Shown here: positions 54,771-63,114 of the stretch, piece by piece
Position numbering within the stretch: the stretch's first letter is position 1
Layout: the number at the start of each line of letters is the position of its first letter
Source of the DNA: an uncultured Alphaproteobacteria bacterium
GTDB lineage: Bacteria > Pseudomonadota > Alphaproteobacteria > Rhizobiales > Xanthobacteraceae
Direction of reading: 5' to 3'
Length of the DNA stretch: 64,000 bases
Assembly (NCBI GenBank): GCA_963707615.1
Contig: CAVPQT010000005.1
Coordinates: 11,850-75,849, forward strand
Notes under the pieces: model-generated
Told to the model about the DNA's origin: nothing
What the model saw: the letters and a program-made list of their open reading frames with translations, nothing else
Database searches by the model: none
Program-made: the position numbers and the translations under genes

Positions 54771-55441
54771 ATGCGAAGCAAGAAGCGCCCGAGCGCGAGG
54801 AAATCGAAGCGCTTTTGCCGTGGCATGCCGCGGGAACGCTGAGCCGCCGCGACGCCCAGCGCGTCGAAGACGCGCTCGCGCGCGATCCCGAGCTTGCGCG
54901 GCGCTACGCGCTGGTACGCGAGGAACTGGGCGAGACCATTCATCTCAACGAGACGCTGGGCGCTCCGTCGGCGCGGGCGCTGGAAAATCTGTTCGCCAAG
55001 ATCGACGCCGAGCCTGAACGCCGGCCGGCGCCATCGCTTAACCTCGGCAGCCGCATCGGCGCGTTTCTCACGAGCCTGTCGCCGCGCACGCTGGCCTGGT
55101 CGGCAACCGCCGCCGCGCTGGCGATCGTGCTGCAGGCCGGATTTCTTGCTGACATCATGTTGAAGGAAACGAAGACGACGGGTTACGAAACCGCATCGGC
55201 GCCAAGCACCGATCCCGGTGTGGGCGCATTCACCTTGATCCGGTTTGCGCCGCAGGCGACGTCCGACGACATCAACAAATTCCTTGAGGCCAACAAGCTG
55301 TCGATCGCCGCCGGCCCCATGGCCGGTGGGCTCTATAAAGTGCGCGTCGCGGTGACCGGAATTCCGAAGGGCGAACTCGCGAATGTTGTGAAGAAGTTGC
55401 AGCAGGACAAGGTCGTCGGCTTCATCGCCGCGGCAGAGTGA
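54767..55441 (+). CDS. Single-pass anti-sigma factor
   Basis: ATGA overlap with the sigma stop. N-terminal helix EIEALLPWHAAGTLSRRDAQRVE, one TM (LAWSATAAALAIVLQAGFLA), and a periplasmic C-domain. Confidence 0.75.
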   Translation: MNAKQEAPEREEIEALLPWHAAGTLSRRDAQRVEDALARDPELARRYALVREELGETIHLNETLGAPSARALENLFAKIDAEPERRPAPSLNLGSRIGAFLTSLSPRTLAWSATAAALAIVLQAGFLADIMLKETKTTGYETASAPSTDPGVGAFTLIRFAPQATSDDINKFLEANKLSIAAGPMAGGLYKVRVAVTGIPKGELANVVKKLQQDKVVGFIAAAE

Positions 55442-55450
55442 TGTCGCATC

Positions 55451-55855
55451 ATGCGCGCACGACGGACCGCCCTCCCCTGGCTGGTTGCCGCGATCGCCAT
55501 TGCGTCGGCGGATGGTGCCTTTGCGCAAAAACTTCTTAGCCTGATGCCGAACGAAGTCGTGATCGAGCTCTCCAACACCGCAAGCAAGCAACAAGTCAAC
55601 GCACTGCAACGCCGGCTCCGGCTGACGCGCATCGGGAGCCAGACGTTCCAGCTGTCCAATTCGACATTCTATCGCTGGCGGATCCCGGACAGTCGCTCGG
55701 CTGCCAGCATCGTGCGCGCGTTGGAAGGCAGCCGCCTTGTAGCGTCGGCGCAACCGAACTATCGGTTCGCACTTCAAGAGAAGGAGGCGGCCTCCGTCAG
55801 GCCCGGCCGTCAGGCGGACATACTTGCGATCGCAGCGCAGTGCTGCCAATTGTAA
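55451..55855 (+). CDS. Secreted 134-aa ORF resembling only the signal peptide plus propeptide part of an S8 (subtilisin-like) peptidase; possible gene remnant
   Basis: Signal peptide ...ASADGAFA|Q. NEVVIEL...YRWRIPDSRSAASIVRALEGSRLVASAQPNYRFAL resembles peptidase propeptides from memory. The ORF stops before any catalytic Asp/His/Ser block. Confidence 0.4.
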   Translation: MRARRTALPWLVAAIAIASADGAFAQKLLSLMPNEVVIELSNTASKQQVNALQRRLRLTRIGSQTFQLSNSTFYRWRIPDSRSAASIVRALEGSRLVASAQPNYRFALQEKEAASVRPGRQADILAIAAQCCQL

Positions 55856-55879
55856 CGATGATCAACCGGTAAAACCCGA

Positions 55880-56846
55880 ATGACCACCACGGCTCCGCCG
55901 CAAACAATGAGGTTGCGCGTCACGCGCAACGATGTGATCGCCGACGGCATCCATCTGCTGGAATTTCGCGACGCGGGTGGCGAGCCGCTGCCACCATTCT
56001 CCGCAGGCGCGCATATCGCCATCCGGGTGCCGAACGGCCTGCTCCGCAAATATTCGCTGTGCAACGATCCGGTCGAACACGACCGCTACCAGGTCGCGGT
56101 CAAGCGCGAGATCAATGGCCGTGGCGGTTCGTGCAGCCTGATCGACGAGGTGAAAGCCGGCGACGAACTCATGGTGACCGCGCCGGTGAACGATTTCGGC
56201 CTGCCACCACGCGCGCAGGATTTCCTCTTCATTGCCGGCGGCATCGGCATCACGCCAATGATGGCCATGATCCGGCAGGTGATGGCGGAGGGAAAACGCT
56301 TTCGTTTGTTCTACTGCACGCGTTCACCGGAAACGACGGCGTTCCGCGAAGAGCTCGGCGCGCCGGAATTCAAGGACCTAGTGACGATCCACTACGATCA
56401 GGGCGATGTGGCGCGGCTCACTCGACCTGCGGCCGATTTTGGCCGAGCGGAAAAACCGCGAGCATCTTTATTGTTGCGGCCCGCGCCCATTGATGGAAGC
56501 GGTGCGCGCCATGACCGACCATTGGTCTCCGACCGCGGTACATTTCGAGGCCTTCAGCGAAGCCGAAACGCACAAGCCGAACGACAAGCCATTCAAGGTT
56601 CGTCTCGCCCGCTCCGGCGCGGTCCTCGATGTTTCGACCAGCACGACAATCCTCGAAGCCTTGCGTGAGCACGGACTTGATGTGCCGAGCTCCTGCGAAA
56701 CCGGCACCTGCGGCACCTGCCGGACAAAACTGCTGGCCGGCGAAGCCGACCATCGTGACCTTGTCCTGGCCGAGCACGAGCGCAAGGACACGATCATGAT
56801 CTGCGTGTCCCGCGCGCGCGGCGACGAGATCACCATCGACCGCTGA
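55880..56846 (+). pseudogene. PDR/VanB-type oxidoreductase (flavin + NAD + 2Fe-2S ferredoxin domains) split by a frameshift near 56405-56420
   Basis: ORF 55880-56668 carries RKYSLCN and FIAGGIGITP. ORF 56406-56846, in another frame, carries HLYCCGP and CETGTCGTCRT. The sensible protein sequence switches frame around GATGTGGCGCGGCTCA. Confidence 0.75.
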
Positions 56847-56849
56847 CGA

Positions 56850-57167
56850 TTATTGCTGGATCACGCGCAGATAGGCGCGGACCGCGAGCGCATCGTCGTG
56901 GCTGAACTTGAACTCAGGCATGTCGGGATGGCCGCCGGATATTCCCCGTTCGAGCGTGCGGGGAAATTCGTCAAGGTCGACACTGCGGCCGAGGTTGCGG
57001 AATGGCGGCGCGTCGGAGTGCCGGCTTTTGCCTTTGACCCCGATGGCATGGCAGCGGCCGCAAAATTCAGCGACCAGTGCCTGGCCACGGGCGACCGGAT
57101 CCTGCGCCTGTGCGGAGCCGGCACCCAGGACAACGAATATTGAGAACAAAGGCGGTGGGATTTTCAT
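56850..57167 (-). CDS. Small periplasmic c-type cytochrome
   Basis: Signal peptide MKIPPPLFSIFVVLGAGSAQA, haem motif CGRCH and a distal Met (HPDMPEF). An upstream ATG at 57203 is an alternative start. Confidence 0.8.
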   Translation of the reverse strand: MKIPPPLFSIFVVLGAGSAQAQDPVARGQALVAEFCGRCHAIGVKGKSRHSDAPPFRNLGRSVDLDEFPRTLERGISGGHPDMPEFKFSHDDALAVRAYLRVIQQ

Positions 57168-57213
57168 GCGAGATCGGTCAGACAAGATAACGATACTGCG
57201 CATCCTGCCTTGT

Positions 57214-57235
57214 CGAAATCAACCCGAAATCAACC
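57214..57235. repeat. Perfect 11-bp tandem duplication cgaaatcaacc x2 upstream of the cytochrome c gene
   Basis: Read directly. On the minus strand it reads GGTTGATTTCG GGTTGATTTCG, ending 46 nt before the ATG at 57167. Confidence 0.85.
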
Positions 57236-57542
57236 CATGAATGAATTGGCGCTCGTGCCGTGCGCCTGCGTCAGTGCGACCTATGCATAAGGGTCAAAGG
57301 GGTAGCCGGCGTAAACCAGACTCGCACCGCCGATGCCCGACATGCCTTCCGAATGCTGCCCCGACTGATCGATCGTCTTGCGCGATCGCCTCGCGCGAGT
57401 TTTCCTGGTGCGTGAAAGCAGCATGGGGCGCCTCCAATTCCTCGATGTCGCAGGGACTCTAGAACATTGCTGGCAAGCCGATTGTGAAGGGGCTCACTGA
57501 ACGCGTGATTTAATTGGGCGCAATTTGCCGATTGGATTTGGA

Positions 57543-57558
57543 TTGGACTTGGGTCCAA
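57543..57558. promoter_or_regulatory. Perfect palindrome TTGGAC-TTGG-GTCCAA (copy 3 of 3)
   Basis: Read directly. It lies 128 nt upstream of the hydrolase ATG at 57687 and is preceded by an extra direct half-site GATTGGA at 57530. Confidence 0.5.
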
Positions 57559-57686
57559 CTCGAAATTTTCAAGGCAGTCTGCAACATTGCACTCGTCGTC
57601 AGGCCGCCACCTATTTGCGGCAACGATCCCCGGTGTCCAATTCTGCTGATACAATGTGCAACCATCGAACCACGAGGGTTCCACCA

Positions 57687-58745
57687 ATGACCCGCAAAAT
57701 CCTGGAACAGACCGACCTGCGTCGCCGTGACGTCGTTGGCGGCGCTGCTGCAACGGCTGCGGCCGTTCAGCTCGGCATCTTCAATTCCGCAATGGCACAG
57801 ACGGCCAAGACGCTGCCCTCCATCACGCCGGGCGCGACCACGTCATTTGCACCGTTGAAGCAGATCGATGCCGGTGTTTTGAACGTTGCATATGCCGAAG
57901 CAGGACCCAGCAATGGTCCGCCGGTCATCCTTCTTCATGGTTGGCCCTACGATATTTACAGCTTTGTCGATGTTACGCCTGCACTGGCGTCGGCGGGTTA
58001 CCGCGTGATCGTCCCTTATCTGCGCGGGTATGGTGCGACACGTTTCCTTTCAAATGACACGTTCCGCAATGGTCAGCCATCGGCGATTGCCGTCGACACG
58101 ATCGCCTTCATGGATGCCCTCAAGATCGACAAGGCGGTTCTCGGCGGCTTCGATTGGGGAGCGCGGACCGTGAACATCGTCTCTGCCCTGTGGCCGGAGC
58201 GATGCGTGGGAACCGTGTCCGTGAGCGGCTACCTGATCGGCAGCCAGGCTGCCGGCAAGATGCCGCTGCCTCCCGAGGCCGAACTGCAATGGTGGTACCA
58301 GTTCTATTTCGCAACGGAGCGCGGGCGCGCGGGTTACGACAAGAACCGGCACGACTTTTCAAAACTCATCTGGCAGCTCGCCTCACCGAAATGGAAATTC
58401 GACGATGCCACCTTCGATCGCTCGGCGGCGGCCTTCGAGAACCCGGATCATGTAAACATTGTCATTCACAACTACCGTTGGCGGCTCGGTCTCGCCGAGG
58501 GCGAGGCGAAGTTCGACGACATCGAAAAGAAGCTCGCTCAAGCCCCGGTCATCAGTGTTCCCACGATTACGCTTGAGGGAGATGCCAATGGTGCCCCGCA
58601 CGCGGACCCGAGTGCCTACGCGAAGAAATTCTCCGCCCGATACGAGCACCGGACCATTACGGGCGGCATCGGACACAATCTGCCGCAGGAGGCTCCGCAG
58701 GCTTTTGCCCAGGCAATCGTCGATATCGCCAAAGCCGGCCCCTGA
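57687..58745 (+). CDS. Tat-exported epoxide-hydrolase-like alpha/beta hydrolase
   Basis: The start MTRKILEQTDLRRRDVVGGAAATAAAV is a twin-Arg leader. ILLHGWPY and GGFDWGA (Asp nucleophile). Confidence 0.85.
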   Translation: MTRKILEQTDLRRRDVVGGAAATAAAVQLGIFNSAMAQTAKTLPSITPGATTSFAPLKQIDAGVLNVAYAEAGPSNGPPVILLHGWPYDIYSFVDVTPALASAGYRVIVPYLRGYGATRFLSNDTFRNGQPSAIAVDTIAFMDALKIDKAVLGGFDWGARTVNIVSALWPERCVGTVSVSGYLIGSQAAGKMPLPPEAELQWWYQFYFATERGRAGYDKNRHDFSKLIWQLASPKWKFDDATFDRSAAAFENPDHVNIVIHNYRWRLGLAEGEAKFDDIEKKLAQAPVISVPTITLEGDANGAPHADPSAYAKKFSARYEHRTITGGIGHNLPQEAPQAFAQAIVDIAKAGP

Positions 58746-58753
58746 GAGTCCAT

Positions 58754-59044
58754 GTGATCAAGACCCATCTGTCCGATCTGCGGGACTACTTGCGTGAATA
58801 CTGGGGACACGCCTCGCAGTCGTTCGGCCGCAAGGCATTCATGGCGTGTCTCTGGTTCGCCGGGATGTTCATCCCGCTGGGCCTGAAGACGATTGTGGAC
58901 GTGCCCCAGTGGGCGGCAGTGACATGGATGATCAGTTGGGCCGCCTTGGGGTATGTCTTCGCGCCTTTCGGACTGTGGAAGACGCAACGGAAAAAAATCA
59001 CTGAGTTGCAAGGCCGCACGCCGCAATCGCGCGACACGAAATAG
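58754..59044 (+). CDS. Hypothetical two-TM membrane protein
   Basis: 96-codon ORF with a GTG start and two hydrophobic helices. No family recognised. Confidence 0.4.
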   Translation: MIKTHLSDLRDYLREYWGHASQSFGRKAFMACLWFAGMFIPLGLKTIVDVPQWAAVTWMISWAALGYVFAPFGLWKTQRKKITELQGRTPQSRDTK

Positions 59045-59062
59045 CTCCGCCGCAATCCGGAT

Positions 59063-61276
59063 TCAGCCGATAATCTTGTTGAGTGTTATCGGCAGGTCGC
59101 GCACGCGTTTTCCGGTCGCGTGGTAGATGGCGTTGGCGACGGCGGCCGCGACACCGACAATTCCAATCTCACCCACGCCTTTGATTCCGAGCGGATTGAC
59201 GGTGCTGTCCGGCTCTTCGACGAAGATGACCTTGATGTCATGCACGTCGGCATGCACCGGCACATGGTACTCGGCAATGTTCGCGTTCATGACGCGGCCG
59301 AACTTGTGGTCGATCAGCGTCTCTTCGTGAAGCGCCATGCCTATACCCCAGACCACGCTTCCCATGATCTGACTGGCGGCGGTTTTCGTATTGATGATGC
59401 GACCGGCGGCGACCGCATCGACGACGCGCGTCACGCGAACGATACCGAGCTGCTCGTCCACCTTCACTTCGACGAAGATCGCCGAATGCGTATTGCGCGC
59501 ATGTTTGGTGTCTTCGGCAAATTCAACGAGCTTTTCGCGCTCGACACGATCCACGCCGCCATGCCGCATGACATCCGCGAGAGAGACCGAACGGCTCGCG
59601 GCTTTTTTGGCGGCAATCATGCCGTCGGACAGAACGACTTCGTCAGGCTTCAAGCCGGCCAGCGGCGAACCGGGCATTTTTTGCGCCAGCCCAAGAAGTT
59701 CGCCGCGGATTTGATCTGCCGTAGCCGCAATCGCGTGCGCCACTGAAGCCGCCGTCCACGACCCACCTTCGACGTGAGACTGTGGAAGTGACGAGTTGCC
59801 AAGTTTCACCGTGACGTTGTCAATCGGAAGCCCGAGCATATCGGCGGCGACCTGCGCCATGACGGTATAGGTGCCTGTGCCGATATCGGAGGTGGCGCAC
59901 GACACTTCGGCGTGCCCATTGGCCGTCAGCACGATGCGTGTGGCCGTCGGGACCTGCAACGCCTCCCAGATGCCGGTCGCCATACCCCAGCCAACCAGCT
60001 CGGTGCCGTCGCGCATTGATCGCGGGGCGGGATTTCGTTTCGACCAGCCGAACGCCTCGGCGCCCTGCCGGTAGCACTCCTTCAACTCTTTGCTGGTGTA
60101 GGGATTGTCATTGTTCTGATCGCGGTTCGAATAACTGCGCAGGCGCAGCTCGAGAGGATCGAGCTTGAGCGCGACCGCCAGCTCATCCATTGCGCATTCC
60201 AGCGCGTAGACGCCCGTTGCCGCGCCCGGCGCGCGCATGTCGGAGGGTGTCGGCACATCGAGCCGCGCCAGCTTGTGCTCGTATTTTGCAGTAGCGCTCT
60301 TGTAGAGCAACGCCGACCACGAGGTGTCGTTGCGGGAGAACTCTTCATATTGCGAGGTCATGGCGATCGCCTCCTGGGTGATCGCCTCAAGCGTCCCGTC
60401 CTTCTGCGCGCCCAGTGCCACACGGTGGATCGTCGCCGGCCGATATCCCAGGCCGTACATCTGGTCCCTGGTCAGCACGAGCCGTACCGAGCGCTTCAGC
60501 TGGAGCGCGCCCTGCATGGCCAGCACCACCTGATATTGCGGGCGCAGACCCGAGCCGAATGCTCCGCCGACATACGGCGACATGACACGAACGTCGTCCG
60601 GCTTGAGGCCAAAGACGCCGCAAACATAGCGATGCACGTTCTGCACGCCCTGGGTCTTGTCGAACACCGTGAGCTTGCCGTCGCCGCCACGAACAACCGT
60701 GGTCGCAAACAATTCCATCGGATTGTGATGCTCGATCGGAGTGAAATATTCTCCGTCATGCCGCACGGCAGAGGCGGCGAAGGCCTTTGCGGCATTGCCA
60801 CGCGGTTTGTCGGGTTTTTCGACCACATAGGCTTTGTCTAGACGCGCGTGCAGATCGGTCGCGTGTTTCTCTTCATCGTAGTCGATGTGCACCAGGGTGG
60901 CCGCGAAGCGGGCCGTCTCCGAGTCCTTGGCAAGCACCAGGGCGATCGGCTGGCCGTTGAATTTGATCTTGTCGTCATAGAGCGGGCGAAACGGAGAACC
61001 GCCCTCGGGAGCAACCTCATCGCTGTAGCCCGCGTCGGTATTCGCCATCTTCGGGCGATTTTCGTGAGTCAGCACGTCGAGCACGCCATCGAGTGCGAGC
61101 GCCCTGCTTGCATCGATGTGCGCGATGCGGCCTCTGGAGATGGTCGAGGTGACAACACTGGCGTAGACGAGATCGGGAGCGCCGAATTCGCCAGCGTACT
61201 GTGCGGAGCCGGTGACCTTTGCGCGTCCATCAACGCGCGAGGTGGGGGTGCCGATATAAGATGCCATGACGCTCAC
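59063..61276 (-). CDS. Xanthine dehydrogenase-family molybdopterin-binding large subunit
   Basis: 737 aa with aldehyde oxidase/XDH a/b-hammerhead and Moco domains (GGAFGS, GIGMALHEE, PLGIKGVGE). Confidence 0.9.
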   Translation of the reverse strand: MSVMASYIGTPTSRVDGRAKVTGSAQYAGEFGAPDLVYASVVTSTISRGRIAHIDASRALALDGVLDVLTHENRPKMANTDAGYSDEVAPEGGSPFRPLYDDKIKFNGQPIALVLAKDSETARFAATLVHIDYDEEKHATDLHARLDKAYVVEKPDKPRGNAAKAFAASAVRHDGEYFTPIEHHNPMELFATTVVRGGDGKLTVFDKTQGVQNVHRYVCGVFGLKPDDVRVMSPYVGGAFGSGLRPQYQVVLAMQGALQLKRSVRLVLTRDQMYGLGYRPATIHRVALGAQKDGTLEAITQEAIAMTSQYEEFSRNDTSWSALLYKSATAKYEHKLARLDVPTPSDMRAPGAATGVYALECAMDELAVALKLDPLELRLRSYSNRDQNNDNPYTSKELKECYRQGAEAFGWSKRNPAPRSMRDGTELVGWGMATGIWEALQVPTATRIVLTANGHAEVSCATSDIGTGTYTVMAQVAADMLGLPIDNVTVKLGNSSLPQSHVEGGSWTAASVAHAIAATADQIRGELLGLAQKMPGSPLAGLKPDEVVLSDGMIAAKKAASRSVSLADVMRHGGVDRVEREKLVEFAEDTKHARNTHSAIFVEVKVDEQLGIVRVTRVVDAVAAGRIINTKTAASQIMGSVVWGIGMALHEETLIDHKFGRVMNANIAEYHVPVHADVHDIKVIFVEEPDSTVNPLGIKGVGEIGIVGVAAAVANAIYHATGKRVRDLPITLNKIIG

Positions 61277-62289
61277 CGGACTTTCTTGCTGGACTGCACT
61301 TGCGGGGTGCTGTTCGCGGCCTGGGTCATGGTGCGAATGATGGCGCGGCGCGCGAGATCGATCTTGAAGGCATTGTGCGAGAAACCCTTGGCTCCACGCA
61401 GCGCTATTTCGGCCGCCTGCGCGAAAGCGTCCGGTGTGGCGGCCTTGCCTCGCAATGAGGCTTCGGCCTCCGCATTGCGCCAGGGCTTGTGCGCGACGCC
61501 GCCAAGCGCGAGACGCGCTTCCTTGATGTGACCGCCATCGAGTTCAAGTGCAGCCGCAACCGACACGAGCGCGAACGCATAGGACAGTCGGTCGCGGATC
61601 TTCAGATAACTATAGTTCTTCGCAAATCCCCGCGCCGGGAGTTCGATCGCCGTGATGATCTCGTTTGCCTTGAGATTGGTATCGACCTCCGGCGTATCGC
61701 CGGGCAGCCGGTGGAAATCAGCGAACGCGATTGTGCGATCGCCAGTTGGCCCTGCGACGTGGACTTTCGCTTCAAGTGCCGCGAGCGCGACGCACATATC
61801 GGACGGATGCGTGGCAATGCAGGCTTCACTCGTTCCCAATATCGCGTTGATCCGGTTGATGCCGTCGATGGCCGAACAGCCACTGCCCGGCTCGCGTTTG
61901 TTGCAGGGTGTCGCCACGTCGTAGAAATAGAAGCAGCGCGTGCGCTGCATCAGATTGCCGCCGGTCGATGCCATGTTGCGAAGCTGCTGCGAGGCCCCGG
62001 CGAGGATCGCGCTCGACACCAGCGGGTAACGCTTCTCAATGATCGGGTGGTAAGCGAGATCACTGTTCGGCACGAGCGCGCCGATGCGTACGCCACCGTC
62101 GGCTGTTTCTTCAACGCTCTTGAGCGGGAGATGCGAGATGTCGATCAGCCGCATCGGACGCGCGACATCGTATTTCATCAGATCGACAAGATTGGTGCCG
62201 CCGGCGATGAACTTCGCTTCGGGATCGGCGGCGATCTGCCGGACGGCATCGGCGACGTCGTTTGCCCGCGCATAATCGAAATTGATCAT
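61273..62289 (-). CDS. Xanthine dehydrogenase-family FAD-binding subunit
   Basis: The start is MINFDYARANDVADAV. FIAGGTNLVDLMK FAD motif. ATGA overlap with the small-subunit stop. Confidence 0.9.
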   Translation of the reverse strand: MINFDYARANDVADAVRQIAADPEAKFIAGGTNLVDLMKYDVARPMRLIDISHLPLKSVEETADGGVRIGALVPNSDLAYHPIIEKRYPLVSSAILAGASQQLRNMASTGGNLMQRTRCFYFYDVATPCNKREPGSGCSAIDGINRINAILGTSEACIATHPSDMCVALAALEAKVHVAGPTGDRTIAFADFHRLPGDTPEVDTNLKANEIITAIELPARGFAKNYSYLKIRDRLSYAFALVSVAAALELDGGHIKEARLALGGVAHKPWRNAEAEASLRGKAATPDAFAQAAEIALRGAKGFSHNAFKIDLARRAIIRTMTQAANSTPQVQSSKKVR

Positions 62290-62816
62290 CACTTGCCTCC
62301 CATCGCCCGCATCGCCTGCTCGATGGCGGCGACGATATTGGGATAGGCACCGCAACGGCAGATGTTGCCGCTCATCAACTCGCGGATTTCATCGGTGGTC
62401 TTCGCCTTCCCTTCGGCGAGGAGGCCCGCGGCGGAGCAGATCTGGCCTGGCGTGCAGTAGCCGCACTGGAACGCATCGTGATCGATAAACGCCTGCTGCA
62501 ACGGATGCAGCGCGCCATCGGTGGCAAGACCCTCGATCGTTGTCACGTGAGCGCCGTCCTTCATGACGGCGAGCGTCAGACATGCATTGACCCGTCGTCC
62601 TTCAACCAGGACCGTGCATGCACCGCACTGACCGTGATCGCAGCCCTTCTTCGTTCCGGTCAGCTGCAGGCGTTCGCGAAGCGCATCGAGCAGCGTCGTC
62701 CATGGCGCGACGGACAGAGTTCGCCGGTCGCCGTTGACGTGCAGTGTGATGGATATTTCGCGCGGCTTTGAAACTGCTTCAGGTCGAAAATGCGATCGCG
62801 AGACAGGCTCGTCCAT
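62289..62816 (-). CDS. Xanthine dehydrogenase-family (2Fe-2S) small subunit
   Basis: GCDHGQCGACTV and CGYCTPG...CRCGAY cluster motifs. The start chosen is MDEPVSRS. Confidence 0.9.
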   Translation of the reverse strand: MDEPVSRSHFRPEAVSKPREISITLHVNGDRRTLSVAPWTTLLDALRERLQLTGTKKGCDHGQCGACTVLVEGRRVNACLTLAVMKDGAHVTTIEGLATDGALHPLQQAFIDHDAFQCGYCTPGQICSAAGLLAEGKAKTTDEIRELMSGNICRCGAYPNIVAAIEQAMRAMGGK

Positions 62817-63114
62817 AAGATGCTCCCGGTTGTAGCGATTACCCCCCGGGTCAGGCGTCGTACGCGTAAACGCTAGCATCATTGAAAAGACCGGGCCAGC
62901 AGCACAGTGTTGCCTACGGTCATGACGGACATGTCACAACGCAGGGCGATACCTACTTGACGTTGAATGCGACACGAGGTCGCGCGTGCAACCCGTCGAG
63001 GAAATCACTGCGGAATTATTCGATCACCTCATCGACGCGGGCGAGCAAGCCACCGTCGAACAATGTCCGCTTGGTTGAAACGACACCGGCGCCCGTCTGG
63101 TCCCGTGGTCTAAT

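Noticed and set aside
54707-55849. 380-aa minus-strand ORF
   Set aside because: It is antisense to the anti-sigma and propeptide-like genes, has Arg/Gly-rich low-complexity composition and no motifs.
57271-57753. 160-aa minus-strand ORF in the cytochrome c / hydrolase gap
   Set aside because: It overlaps the Tat-leader start of the hydrolase gene. It has no SD, odd composition, and contains the palindrome and repeat elements.
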